DNA of 64,000 bases from Minutocellus sp. GHC0000111 (lineage: Eukaryota). Under the pieces are notes generated by a model. That model worked only from the letters and a program-made list of their open reading frames with translations, did not search any database and was not told the DNA's origin. Each line of letters opens with the position of its first letter. Within the stretch, counting starts at the first letter, position 1. Below are positions 33,753 to 46,857 of this stretch, one piece after another. The position numbers were made by a program, and so were the translations under genes. Location: NCBI GenBank assembly GCA_977018835.1, contig OZ361257.1, positions 620,001 to 684,000 on the forward strand, written 5' to 3'.

Positions 33753-35888
33753 ATGCAAACAATGATGTGCCATCAACATCGCCTCTTTCGTCGACGACGA
33801 CAAGGACCACTTGTCCTCGTCGTCATTTCAATCTTTACTTTGATGGCATCATCGAACACAAGCACGAGCAGTTTCGACGATGGCGCCTTCGTATCACTGA
33901 CAAATGTTGAGTTTGAGAACAACATTGCTCTATCCAAGGGCCCGGCAATGTTTGTAGAAGCCGAAAATGGAGACAAGAGTGTCAAATTTTCGGCAAAAGG
34001 AGACATTATTGCAAAGGGCAATGTTATCAAAATGTCCATTGTGCCCATTCTTGGCATGGGTGATATTGTGAGAGGTAAATGCGATGGCGTCTACGACGAT
34101 GGATTGAATCGATGTGTCAGTTTTACCGGTGCGTTTGTCGCTTCCCCCATCGATGTCAGCTCAGTGGCCGACGTATCTCCAACAATGTCGCCATCAATGA
34201 TGCCAGTCCTTCCACCTTCGGCCTTGAACGTAACAGAGCTTCCATCGTCGTCCAAAAATGAATCAATTATCCCTCTGCTACCAGCAGCCTCGGATGATAC
34301 GGAGGTTCCGCCGTCGGAAGTAAATGAAACGGTGCTTCCTCCAACATCCATCGATGTGACGACAGCGAGCGCATCGCCTGTCTCATCAGAACCGACTGCC
34401 ACTGATGCACCGACCTCATCACCATCAACGAAGAGTCCCTCGGCAAGTCCAACTATTGCCGTCACCGATGCACCGACGTCGTCGCCGTCGATAAAGCCAA
34501 CAAGGAGTCCCTCGGAAAGTCCTACGGTAACAAGCAGCACCAGTCCTTCCGTTACATTATCGGATGTTCCATCATTTTTGCCCACCTCGGCGCCAAGCGC
34601 AGGGCCATCTCAAACACCGACATCCATACCAAGCAGCTCTCCAACGGACAAGCCTACACCAAGACCAACACACAAGCCAGTGGAAATCATTCCAGACTCG
34701 GTTGAACCCGATAGGCCACCAAAGGGATATTTCAATTACAATCCGAAATCGTCATTCGGACCAAACAAATGGAAGAATATCAATGCAATTCAGACCAAAG
34801 AGTACAGGTATTGGGTTGAATTTGCAGACAAAATAAATCCTCCAATGGAAAACAATTACTGTAACTGGCAGAAAGGCAACAATGCCAACAAGCAATCGCC
34901 CCTGGACATCGTCGATACTGGTGCCGAATGTCTCGAGTACCACGAAATCCGTACGAAGAAGGGTGACTTTCTGTTGACTGATGCTGAAGTCAAATTGGAG
35001 ATTCAGGCTAACAAAATGCGTATCATCTGGCCAAGACGAATCGACAACAGAGCCGAGCCCGACACTCCCAGTGCAGATATTCCCAAGGGCTGGGGATCAC
35101 AGATCGATGCTACTCACACAGACCTCGTCATTCCTGCCGAGCACACCTTGAATGGCAAGCGTTACGACGGTGAATGGAGGACCTACCACATGCATCCAGG
35201 CGGAAAGGGAACTGCCGTTATTGCCACTTTGATCGATGCGAGCCCGGAAAATGAAAAGAACCCTGCCTTTCAGCAAGCACTAAAAGCTTGGGAAGAGCTA
35301 TTTGATTATCACCGCTACCAGTGTCTCTTTAGTCGCGGGAGGAGAGCAGCCGAAGAAGAAGAAGAAGAAGTTATCGATAACGATTTGCTCCATGATGATA
35401 ACACCATGAACGCAAAAACTAATTCTCCTCTTTCATTCGACGAGTACCGGCGACACAGACGAATGCAGCAGGGGGATGGCTTTGAGCCTCTCTTTGACCA
35501 TGGTGATCTTACCGATCCTTTAACGTCCAAGGGACGCTTCAACCCTTACCACGAGAACTTGATGCCAAGCATTTATTTTTATGGATACTTCGGATCGCTT
35601 ACCGAGCCCCCGTGCTATCCGATTGCAACGTGGAGAATCATTGACACACCCATGAAAATATCAGAGCAACAGCATCTTGAAATGAAGCGCTTGTTGTTTG
35701 AGCATATGGATGAGAATTGTGTATACACCTCCAATCACTTTCAAGAAAGTGTGGCGAGACCGATACAAAAGAATGTCAAGCGAGACATTCACAAATGTAC
35801 ATGCAAGAATTTCAACAGCGATGCTCATAGAAAGGAAACTGGCGAATATGTCTGTGACTCGTTGCCGGTGCTCCCCGACGGTCAATAG
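33753..35888 (+). CDS. Alpha-carbonic-anhydrase-like protein with Pro/Thr/Ser mucin-like linker
   Basis: GPNKW, QSPLDI, AEHTLNGKRYDGE, YGYFGSLTEPPC motifs; PTxSP repeats; N-terminal hydrophobic segment. Start uncertain. Confidence 0.85.
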   Translation: MQTMMCHQHRLFRRRRQGPLVLVVISIFTLMASSNTSTSSFDDGAFVSLTNVEFENNIALSKGPAMFVEAENGDKSVKFSAKGDIIAKGNVIKMSIVPILGMGDIVRGKCDGVYDDGLNRCVSFTGAFVASPIDVSSVADVSPTMSPSMMPVLPPSALNVTELPSSSKNESIIPLLPAASDDTEVPPSEVNETVLPPTSIDVTTASASPVSSEPTATDAPTSSPSTKSPSASPTIAVTDAPTSSPSIKPTRSPSESPTVTSSTSPSVTLSDVPSFLPTSAPSAGPSQTPTSIPSSSPTDKPTPRPTHKPVEIIPDSVEPDRPPKGYFNYNPKSSFGPNKWKNINAIQTKEYRYWVEFADKINPPMENNYCNWQKGNNANKQSPLDIVDTGAECLEYHEIRTKKGDFLLTDAEVKLEIQANKMRIIWPRRIDNRAEPDTPSADIPKGWGSQIDATHTDLVIPAEHTLNGKRYDGEWRTYHMHPGGKGTAVIATLIDASPENEKNPAFQQALKAWEELFDYHRYQCLFSRGRRAAEEEEEEVIDNDLLHDDNTMNAKTNSPLSFDEYRRHRRMQQGDGFEPLFDHGDLTDPLTSKGRFNPYHENLMPSIYFYGYFGSLTEPPCYPIATWRIIDTPMKISEQQHLEMKRLLFEHMDENCVYTSNHFQESVARPIQKNVKRDIHKCTCKNFNSDAHRKETGEYVCDSLPVLPDGQ

Positions 35889-36076
35889 CGAACACTCTGC
35901 AAAAATGTGTTGCGCTATGTCTAGTGTATTTGTAGAAGCGCAAAATGTGTCGGCGTTACGGCATGGGCTAAGCACAGGCTGCAGCTAATGAATGTTTACT
36001 GTTCCAAATGTTTTATCTTTTAAGGCGTACCTAGGTAACGTACGACGTAGCCCCTTTAACTTGAAGTGTCATCTGC

Positions 36077-39000
36077 TCAAATCACCATTCCAGAGCATCG
36101 GATGTCTAGAATGTTGTCCATGATGAGTTCAACCGTTGACCCGATGGCACTGGCCAAATCCTCCTGCTCGGCCAAGGATAGATCTGCAAATTTTGCTACC
36201 AGCTCGCCATCGATGACGCCCTTCACCCGATCGTTGCTCCGGCAGCCACCTCTTCTCGCGCTGCGACGATACAGTCGCCAGGCTTTGTAGCTCAGGGCGC
36301 AGTTGCTGTCAAGTGCGTTACTCATGACACTTTGAAGAGCAGTCAGGCGCCAGTATGCCTGTTCGCTGAGTGGAATTAGCGAGGCCAGACCTCCATCGGT
36401 GCTGCCGAAGTGAACAGCAAACCTCTGGTCGTCGTCGATACGTCCAAAGAGGGGGTCCTGCTGCTTCAATGCCGCCAGCGTACTCGTGGGTGTGGCGGAA
36501 TTGATGAGAAGGCTGGACCTACAGAAATGACTTTGAAGAGAAGTGGTTTGTGTGCCGAGGTGGAAGTCGGCGCGACAAACAAGCTTATTTCCGCCCCTCG
36601 CGGCAACATCGTTCGGAGCATACTGCAGAAATTGAAGGTTTTCCCGGTCGTCATGACAGACGAACGACATGGCACCACCCCGGCTCATCAGGCCGACCGC
36701 ATAGAGGACGACTGGCTCGTAGTCCTTGGCGAGAAGTGTTAAGCTCTTGTCAGACTCTCGCCAAACAAGGAAATGGAGAGAATCGTAGCTATGGATAGCG
36801 CCCAAAGGGTACGGCAGACAGAAAGAAAGAAGGCGTGTCAGATAAAAGTGTAAGCGATTGATGGAAATGCCCAAAATCAAATCGGTAGAACTTACGCATC
36901 ACTTAGCAGAAAGAAGGTCTTGAACAGATTGATGCGTTGGACCTGCATATTGACATGGAAAAAGCCAACTTGCACTAGCTTTGCGCCGGTCCATTGCTCA
37001 ATGGTGATCTCAGCACCGGCACCAACGACCAGGCGATTTTTCCCTTCCGACGTAAGGCAACTGAGGCTTGTGACGGGACCAAGAGCGATATCCTTATCAT
37101 AGATAAAAGTCATCTCGGCTTGCGGCTCACCCTTCTCGATTTCTTCATCAGTATTTCTCGAGACATTGAAGAGAAGGATACGCCCCTTTGCCTGCACATC
37201 TTCACCATCCTTATCGATAATACCAGTTCCCACCACGATGAAGAGGTCGTTGTCAAAATTATCTTGATTGGAACTTGATGAGGCGGTCCCAGTATCCGGA
37301 ACCAGCTGAAATGAAAAGAGATGGAAGATATGTGAGCAACCAGAGAGTGTTGAGGAAAGGAAACGAAATGTCAAAAGAAGAGAAAGCACAAAATCGTGCA
37401 ACAATATGTGTAGAGAAAGGGGCAGAATTCCAGAACTCACTTCACTCAGCGACATGACTTCCATCGATGCTCCATGCTCAGTCTCCTTGAGCTGATGAGA
37501 ATCGATGACATTCCAGCCAGAAGCAGCATCAACAAGCCAAACCTCAAAGACTCTCTTTGGTAGGGGCAGGGCTCTGCCAAGCGTAGAATCAATCTCAAAG
37601 TAGTCATCCCGTTCGATCTCTTCCACCCATTCTTGCTCAACATCAAAGCCGCCAAGATCGGCTTCGACCTGGCGACGGGTCTTTTCCTTCTCCTTTTCGT
37701 CCTTGATTTTTTGCCTTTCTTCGGGGGAGAGGCCATCATCATCTAGAAGGCCTTGGTCTTCTTCTATTTCCCTGGAGATGAGAAGTGCATAAAGCGGACG
37801 AGCAGCCGAGGAGACAGAAGCATCGTCGATGAATTGAACCTGACGGACTGTCACCCCGTAAGGAACTTTTTGAACGCAGAGGCCGCCTCCTGGGAACAAG
37901 CCCAGAGGCGCAAAAATATCGGAAAGGCTGCGAAATTACAGTAGAAGGAGGAAGACGAAATGTTAGGAGTGTCTGTCGTCAAACCCAAAAACAAACGATT
38001 CGAAAGACCATTAAGAGTTTGGACAGATTTTGCATACTTACCCATCGAAGACGGTTATCCGTTGGCTACCAACTCGGCCAATGCGTTCGTGGAGAGTAAG
38101 AAAACCATACCTTTGTACACCGCCCTTCTCTGGAAGGGCAATTTTATCGCAGAAACCAGCCATTGGGACGTCTTTGCCTCCCGCTGGTGCAACATGCCGG
38201 GCCCGATGTTGGACGACAGCCGGCGCTCCTCTTTCTGAAACGACCCAGAAGGGACGGGCAGTTCTAGCGAAGAGACCTGACTGGCTTGAGATCGAGGCAA
38301 AGCGGTGGAGACGATTTGGTCGGTATTGTTCACTTTCTTCGGGCGAGGGAGTGGCAATGATTTTCCGGCGTCGGAGCTTCAAGGTGTGACGCGCTTGGTC
38401 CTTGCTGGGCCGACCGACCATCCCGGTTGGGATGCGAGTAAAATCGATAGCACTGCCACGGTCAGAAGCTGCGTAGAGGTGGATGTCGCCCAGATCGGTT
38501 TCAACCAAAAGACAGAACGATCGCATCGGGCCGAGAACATCGCCAGAAGAAGGACTCGCCAACTCTGATCTAGACGGCCCAGCAAAGAAGAGGCGCATCT
38601 CCACAGTTCGACTTGAGTGCATCCGTGGCGTTCGTGGGGGCTTGAGAGCTCCTTGGACGAGCACGGGAGATCCTATACCACAACCGGATGACTGCCACAC
38701 AAGCGAAGAGTCGTTCAGACCACAAGCGAAGTCGACTTTGGCAATGTCATGAATCTCAAGCGACCCAGACTGACGACAGATTGCAAGGAAAGTTGTGGAA
38801 GGTCCCTCTCTGTCAGCTGATCCACCCATTGGATTGATCCTTGTCGGGGCAATGGTTCTGGATGCTTCATTGCCTCCAGCCGCCGTAGTAGCTGAAGTAC
38901 TGCTTTCAGCACGACCGTTGGCATCGACGCCAATCGCAGAGCCATAGAGCTCAAAGTCGTCAGCATCAAAATCATTCGAAAAAAGGCCAGCACCGTAGGA

Positions 39001-42000
39001 TTCACCTGCTCTTTGATGATCGTCACCAGTTCCATCCGATACCTTGACCTCTTCACCTGAAGAAGCTGGACTTCCTTTGAAGAGATTGCTCGAAGCCTCA
39101 AAAATATCGAGAGAGACAATTGAGTTGGAGGCATAATGCCTTTCGACTTCGTCGTCTTCCTCTTCTTCGTCATCCTTCTCTTTCATGGCATCACTATCCT
39201 CATTGGTTCCATCGAGCGTGATAGATGACAAATGAAAGTCGCCATCATTTCTCAGAACGGCAAGAGTCCCGAAGCCATTGGACCAAACGAGTCCAAGCTC
39301 AAGTTGTGAATCGTCACCCTCGAGGCCTTGCTTGGTGAATGGAGTCGAAGATATCAACTGGATCGATTCATCAGTTGCTACTTGAGGTGTCGAAGGCGGA
39401 CGCATTTCGATGGTCTCGACGAGCCCAACAGTCCCCGAGGTAGATACGAAGAGAATCACCAGGAAGTAACGCGTACCTGATGCTACAAGAAGGGAAATGT
39501 AGTTGTCGCGGACGGCATTCGCGGGGCTCCACTCGGTGGCTTGTAGCAACTTGGTCGATTTGAGGATGGAGGCTACTGTGGCATCGTCCCCAGTGATCAA
39601 TGTACTTGCATCTGCGTCGTCAACTTCCATAGCCTGGGCATCATATAAATCCCCGACGGCTTCACCGGTAAGTTCGTCCATGTCGACCTCAACAAAGCCA
39701 GTGTCTTCAGATTGATCGTTGTCATCAATGTCCTCTGTCTTGACCTTGGTTGTTAGCGTTGAATTGCTCTCCTGCTCCTCCTTTTCGATGGCCGCGATGA
39801 GCCGGTCCTGCAATACTTGTTTGAGACCTTCAATGTCTAGGTTTCGTTTTCGAAGCTCTTCGCGGAGATCACCAACCTTCATTTTTTTTGCCGATTCAAT
39901 GGAAAGGGCCCCCACGGCTGCGGTGCTGCTTGACTCAGGCGACATGGGAGAGGATACCATCTTGGTGTCCTTGGACTTGGGCTTGGACATGCGCATCACG
40001 ACCGTACCGCCTGCTTCTTTGCCGAGGAGAACCAGACCGCATTCTTGCAAGCTAAATATTGTCGAAACATCACGGCAATCAGCCTCTGTGACCATTGTGC
40101 CGCTTCCACCATTTTCTGAAGAAGACGCATTCATGCCTGGAACAGTCAGCACGGCAAGACAACCGCTGGTTCCCCATCCGCAAGGGTGTACAGATGTCGA
40201 CGAAGCTCCTCTACCACCGGCACTCGCCGCGCTTGTCGGGCCAATGGTGCCAGCCCCAAGAGGACCAAGACCAGTAAGAGAATCAATTGCTCGAGGAGCC
40301 GGAGAGTCAAAGACAGACAGCGCGTCAATAGTGGGGCGAATCCCACCTGCCAACGTAGACGCTTTCGTAGACTTTTTCGTCAAGTCATCATCTTTGGCGA
40401 TCACTGCAACGCTTCCACCACCCCATCCTTCGAGCTCACCCTCTTCTGGTGGGGCATACAGAGCCTCTTCTTCCATTCGGTAGGCATCCTCGTCATCAGT
40501 TACAGCGGCGGCATCATTGGATGCCGTGCTGGACTCGTCCTTAACTGCCCCTCGCTTCTGGTCAGGACCTCCAGCTCCTTTTTGGTCACTTTGATCTCGT
40601 TTGCGCTTTCCTCCCGCCCCGGACTTTTCATCGTCGCTCTCAGCGTCAGGCTCAATGAGCGTCACTCGCTCTCTCATACCGTAAAAAAGTAGAGTCGAGT
40701 CGCCGAGCCTAGATCCGGCGAACAGAACACCGAGCTTGGTTCCATCTTGGTTCTTTTTGCCGGCCTCATCAATGCCTCCCATTTTGGCAGCAAGGTCGTC
40801 AAAAGAGCTACCACCAATGCTCTTACCACCAAATGTCGCGAGAGGCAACGCAGACAGGGAGGACACCATACCAATGCCCCCGAGACGACAAATCATGGGG
40901 CTCAGGCTTAGAGAATGCGCAACTCTACCGCTCCCGGCCGAAAATTCCACTCCGCGATGAATTTCAAGTGAATAAACGGTGCCATCTCGCGAACAGAGAG
41001 CGGCAACATCATCCGACACGAATGATATGCGGCACCCATCCAAGGCAAACGAAAGGAGGGGGAGAGGCGATGGATTCCCAGTCACGATGGCCTCCGCCGC
41101 CGCCGACGAGGCATTGTCCACCTTGGCAGATACCAGGCTCGAAGGGCACGTTGCTCTGGCAAAGCCATTGCTGGCGACACCGCATCTCATCCTGCCACCG
41201 CCATCGACATAGACAATCTCATTGGCCCCAACGACAAGGACACCGTCCACTGGGTGGGCGACGAGCTTGGTGGAATCAGCGGGCATGGCATCGCAAAGAC
41301 TCCAAAGAACGACCGAGCGGCGTTGAGTGACAGAAATGGATATAGCCGTCAATGTCAGTGGATGGCGAGTTCCTCCGGCATTGGAAGGAGTTGCCAGGCG
41401 TCCCGGCCATGCCCTCCCACCAAGCCTTTTGTTGCAAGAAAGATTGCACGCAAGGAAGCAACATCAATGAAAAGAGATAAAAAAGGTGAGTGGTGTGAAA
41501 TTCGACGTGCGCCAATAAAAGAGAGAATATCATAAAACAAGCAATACTTTCGCAAGCACATTTGTCAAACGCACCTGTTGGGGTTGGAATGGAGCAGCAG
41601 CAGGACCGGTTCTGTGTATCCTCGCAGATACTGGCAGTCCAAAATATCACCAAAGCCATGACCAATCTTGGGCGCGTTGGTGAGGCCCGTTGCCGCGTAT
41701 CGCTTCCCACCCTTGCCAGTGGCGGCGGCCGCACCGCTCGACGACGTCGGTTCGGGATTGAGTGCCGTGGACAACGTCGACAGGGGCAGAATGTAGGGCT
41801 CCGTGGCGGTCCTCCACCACCCACCCGAAGCATTCTTCTTTGTGGTAGCAGCGGCGGCATCGCCCGAGGAAGTCGTGGAGGGACGAGGCGACCTTGCCAG
41901 ATCAAAGGCCGCCACGGCAACTCCACCTCCCAATATAGCCGCGGCCGTCGTAGTTGGGATGGTGGTGGAACCACCACTACCACTACTGGCACCGGCCGAA

Positions 42001-42656
42001 GCCGAAGCAGCTGTGGTGGTAGTGCCAGGCGATCCACTGCCGCCGACGCAGCAGACCAAGTCAATCTCGGTGGGTCCTCGCCCCCCGCGGCAGGCATCGA
42101 TCAGGGCCGGGGTCAGATCCACGATCGACGATGCCGTCAGTATGCCCGACCAACTGCTGTTGCCACTGTCACCTTCACCACTATAAGACGAAGATGAGGA
42201 CAGAACCGTCGGAGGATACACGACGCTCAGACGAGGCTCTCCGGCAAATCCGAGGAGGAGGGCGTCGTACATCGGTCCCCCACCACCGCCGCCAGCATCA
42301 GAAGCAGCACTGCCGCCGGAACCATCCTCACCGGCACCGCCCACAATGACGTCCAGACTGACGATGCTGCCGGCCAGATCGTCGTACGTGCTGGCCAGGA
42401 TGAGGCGGCCGGTGGCCGGATCGAGAGAGTAGATGCGCAGGGCCGTCGAATGGGCCGTCACCAGGTTGGGCAGTACCTGCTGCTGCTGCTTGGTGCTGTT
42501 TTTGTTATCATCCGCACTACTACCACCGCCCGCCGCTGGACGAGGGACCGTCAGATACGTCCACGCCGACAATTCGGCACCGAGGGGGGCAAAGGTCGGC
42601 ACGTACGCCGGGTGGATCGGCCGGGAGGTGGTGCTGGACGATTTCGATTTGGACAT
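36077..42656 (-). CDS. CPSF1: Cleavage and polyadenylation specificity factor subunit 1 (CPSF160); introns 41426-41574, 37928-38041, 37306-37440, 36789-36895
   Basis: NLVTAHSTALRIY, DALLLGF, YTEPVLLLLH, LFAGSRLGDSTL, GEDVQAKGRILLF, DSLHFLVWRE...LLAKD, RADFHLG, VIDGELV; all four splices restore the frame. Confidence 0.93.
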
Positions 42657-43023
42657 GCTGCGAATAAAATCGCGGAAGAAATAATGAGAGATGTGCTGCA
42701 GTGCTGTGTTTCGTTCTGGGGCTCGGCTGCAAAGATTCGACCCAGAGCGAGGAGTCAAAAAAGGGTCGACGCCGAAGTAATACGCCACAAGGAAGCAAGG
42801 AAAGAGGCGATCGACTGGTAAGGCACCGGCACACCCGAGCTCAGAGTAACAACCCAACGTGGGGATGCCGCGCAAGCAAGGCAAGGCAAGGCGGAGGAGC
42901 CAAGCAAGGTGAAGCAAAAGTCAGGGGCAAAGCAGTCAGGCGGCGCCAACACTCTGACGAAGGCCAGACCACCACGAGCTAAAAAATTTGCCCCAAATTT
43001 CCCTCTCATTTTTCAGCGGAAAC

Positions 43024-43596
43024 ATGGCGGGCTACGACGACTCCGCAGCAGCCCCTCCCGCTCCTCCCGCCGGTGTGGCAGCGGCAAGTCACACCAACAG
43101 TGCAGAAGACCAGGCGAATGTCGCCGCACTCAAGGCAAGGCTCGAGGGAACCGGCGGCGGCGCACATGTAGATCAAGCAGGGGCCACCACAGCCGCCACT
43201 GCTGCTGCAGCCGCCGAAGCCGACGATGCCGACGCACCGTATAACCAAATCCCTCGAGTGGAGATCGCCCCAGGTGCGCACAAGTACGTGCTGATATCAG
43301 CGCATACCCCGACCGACCCTCCAGAGAAGCGGTGGTTCGTCGTTTCCAAGCACGGGGCGCAATATCACGCCAATGCAGCGGAACCCTTTGTCGATCGGCT
43401 CGAGGGGGCTGGATATCGCGACATTCGCGTGACGGGTGGGGGACGGATCAACTACCAGCCCGACGAGCGCACCATCAACATCTTTGGGTACAGCTATGGC
43501 TTTGGGTTGGCGGATCACAAGCTATCCAAGAAAGTTGTGGAGGAAGATGGACGGTGGGTTGGTTATGCAGTGGACTGGTCCAACGAGGGGTATTGA
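43024..43596 (+). CDS. PHPT1: Janus/Ocnus family 14-kDa phosphohistidine phosphatase
   Basis: IPRVEIAPGAHKYVLI, YHA (catalytic His), GGGRI, IFGYSYGFGLADH, C-terminal WSNEGY. Confidence 0.92.
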   Translation: MAGYDDSAAAPPAPPAGVAAASHTNSAEDQANVAALKARLEGTGGGAHVDQAGATTAATAAAAAEADDADAPYNQIPRVEIAPGAHKYVLISAHTPTDPPEKRWFVVSKHGAQYHANAAEPFVDRLEGAGYRDIRVTGGGRINYQPDERTINIFGYSYGFGLADHKLSKKVVEEDGRWVGYAVDWSNEGY

Positions 43597-43657
43597 GTAT
43601 CGACTTGCGAGCATGTTAGAGAGAAACGTGATGCAATGAGTTGAGTTATTCATAAAT

Positions 43658-46389
43658 CTATTGCTCTACTTGACGCAAAGCATCGATACGCTCTTGTATC
43701 TGTTCCATCCGATTCATCAATGTTTCCTCATCATCTGATGCGAAAGCTTGTCTCAGTATCTCATAAGTTTGTCGAGATGGTCTCAATCGAGCATTGCCAC
43801 TCTCGCATCGGCTCAGCATATCATTGAGCAAGTCGTTCACTCTATCCGATGCATCGGCTCGTCCACTATTGACCCATGCCTTCATTGCAGACGTGTAGGT
43901 GATGAAATCAGGCTGCGTTTTTGCATTTCCGGTAGATTCATACAGCTGCCACTGTTCCTCAAGCAATCGATTCGCTCGTTCTCCTGCTTGCTTGTCCATG
44001 GAATTGGCCCACGCATTCATAACAGAAACGTACTACAGGGTAGAGTCGATAGCAGAACACCAAATAAAATAAGATTAGAAGTGAGGATAATGACAACTAA
44101 TTGCAACATGCACTCAAAGCGAAGCAAAATAATGTACAGTTGAACAACTCACCGTGCGACAATCAGGAGCAATGTTCTCGTCGGACTTCATTCTTTCCAA
44201 GCATTCTTCTGCCTTTTCTGCTGCATTGCCTTGCAAGCTCCTCGCAAGAGTCTTGATGACGGTATTATAAGTGATATCATCAGGTTTCAACGTCTTGTCC
44301 CCTGCTTGGTAAAGACCCTCCAATTTCTCCAGAATTGACACGGCCTTCTTACCACAGATATCTTTGGATTCCGAGTGAGCCCAGCAATTGATGAGGGTAT
44401 TGTACGTCTTCAAGTTTGGCCTGGAGCCGACATTCTCTTCTTGCTCCATCTGATAAACAATTTCTTCAGCCTTGATGGCATTCTCCGGCAATTGATTTCT
44501 TGATAAAGTTTTGAGGAGAGAATTGTAGAGAGCAGTATCAGCGACCAAATCCTCATCGCTGATGTCGCCAGTAAATCGACGCAATCCCTCCAGTTCTCCA
44601 AGCAACACGCACGCCTTCTCAGCCGCAGCAGGAGTAAACCGTGTTGATAGAGCGTTGATGACTGTAGAGAACATGATGCGATTGGGCTTGGCAGCTTCAT
44701 GGCCCGATTTGAATTCCGCAATTTGTCTCTGGAGAAGCTCACCGGCTCGACGTATAGACCCGCTTCCCTTCTTCCGCGCCGATGCATGAGCTCGAATCAC
44801 AGCACCATATGATAATGCGTCGGGACGAACTTCTTCGTCGCCATCATCATATAACTCCTGCATGCGATCAAGAATAGCCTCGGCTCTCTCCCCTGCCCAT
44901 TTTTCTCGACTTCGGCTGATTGCGGCCAATGCCAAGTTATAAGTGACTAGATTTGGCTTGACTTCAATGTTGCCTCGGTTATATCTCTTCTGCATTGCCA
45001 CAAGAAGTCTCTCTGCCTTTTGCCATATCCTTTGGACGAACGACTTGCTGTTGCGAACCCATCAAGGACTGTGTTGTACAGGAATCTAGTCGGGTTGACA
45101 TCCTTATCACCCAGGTCGTGTCGATTCAACATTTTCTTGAAAACTCGCGCAGCCTTGTCGGGTTGGCCCGCCTCTACGCACGTTTTGACGACAGAACCAA
45201 ACGAGAACTTATCAGGTTTGCAGAACGACGATCCAGATGCACCATGCAGAACAATCATACGATTCAACAAAATGTCAGCACGTTTCGCCGCATCTTTAGC
45301 ACGACTATTCGCAAGAGCCTTGAGACATATGTTATAAGATGCTGTTGTCGGTCGAAGCTCTTTAGATCCTGCATTTGATCTCTCTTCCATACTCCGCAAT
45401 AGTTCCTCGGCCCTCTCAGCATAGGCTTCGTCTTGCCGCGCCTTCTTGGCGTACGCTTGCATGACATAGTTGAGGGTGCAAAAATTGGGCGTGGCTTCAA
45501 GATGTCCATGATCGACAAGCTTGTTCATTCGATCCAGTAGCTCCTCGCACTTATCTGCCGCATCTGCACGATCGCTTCGCGAAAAGGCTTGCATAACTGA
45601 CGTGAAGGCAACAGTGCTCGGCCTCTCCAAAGTATCCAATAGAGTAAGCGCTCTCTCTGGTGCATTCGGATCAGCACTTCGAGCCCACGCATTGATACAT
45701 TTGTTGACGATGTACTCGTCAGGACAGCACCCTTTATCACCTTCCTCACAAAGTCTTTCCATCTTGTGCAATATTGCCTCTGCTTTCAAGGAGGCATCAA
45801 GATCTCTTGATCGAGCCAACGTGTTGACAAGCGCCCCATATGCAAATTTGCTTGGCCGTAATACCTCATCCTGCGTCTCTCGATATCGTTGTTCCAGCAA
45901 TTCCATTAACTTCCACGCACGTTCCGGCGCCTCGGCCAGATAACTGCGACTCCAGCAGTTGAGGACGGTGGAGAAGGAAACCACATTCGGAAAGACGTCG
46001 TTGGTGTCATCGTCTCCTCGTTTCACCCTGTCCAGCGCCGCGAGGAGCATGGACTCCGCCTCTTGTGCCGATCCCTTGGCGTCCGACCGAGCGAGGCGAT
46101 TCAATTTGCAGTTGAAGTCGCGAGTGGACGGATTGACGATGGGCGGGGCATGATCATATTCACTGTTGCTGCTACTATTGATGAGGAGGCTGCCCTTGGT
46201 TGCTGTCGTCGAAGTTGACAAAAATATGCACGAAGATGATACAGATTGCTGTGGTACCCGTGTCAGCGGTGGTGCTGTAAATGATGCATGTGAGGTGGAG
46301 GAATGAAAGAGGCCAAAGGCCGTTGCTCCTGGAAGAGCGACAGTTGATATTAGCACTGCGGATGGGAGGGCAAGTGTGTGGAATCTCAT
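43658..46389 (-). CDS. Plastid-targeted pentatricopeptide-repeat protein; frameshift at T4 run 45018-45021; intron 44033-44152
   Basis: Signal peptide ending ATA|FG; many PPR motifs (PNVVSFSTVLNCWS, PDALSYGAVIRAHA, PNLKTYNTLINCWA); adding one base restores GYGKKAERLLVAM. Confidence 0.88.
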
Positions 46390-46569
46390 GGTCCCACTGT
46401 CCCACTACTACAGAGGCGTTAGCGGATGTTACTTGGGAGAGCAATACATACGCACAGAACACGACGGGCCACTCTCCTGGTTGAAGCAATTTGAGTGCGT
46501 GCGTTTGGATGTGTGCAGCATTCATGTTTGTACAGGATGTGTATTTTGATTGCGCCGATAAGCAGTGGT

Positions 46570-46672
46570 GATCTATTAGCTCAGTTGGTAGAGCATCGGA
46601 TTCCAGAAAATCTTGAAAAGAAATTCAAGAGGATACTCCCGAAGGTCGGTGGTTCAAGTCCGCCATAGATCA
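46570..46672 (+). tRNA. trnW: tRNA-Trp(CCA) with 30-nt intron (46607-46636)
   Basis: Acceptor GATCTAT/ATAGATC, D arm GCTC/GAGC, anticodon loop TT-CCA-G, T arm GGTGG-TTCAAGT-CCGCC, Pol III terminator T8. Confidence 0.9.
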
Positions 46673-46857
46673 CTTTTTTTTGTTTCAGAGGAGGATGCGA
46701 GAGAAGGAGCTATCGGTGTAGGATTACTTTTGGTCTAATTTGGAGCTTTGTAGGAGTGATTTTCGACGAGATAAATGCGCTCTAGCTATCTAGCCAGCTA
46801 CGTAGCTACATGGTGTACCTACCGGTACCAGTCGATCTAGATTGTGCATCAGCGAGC

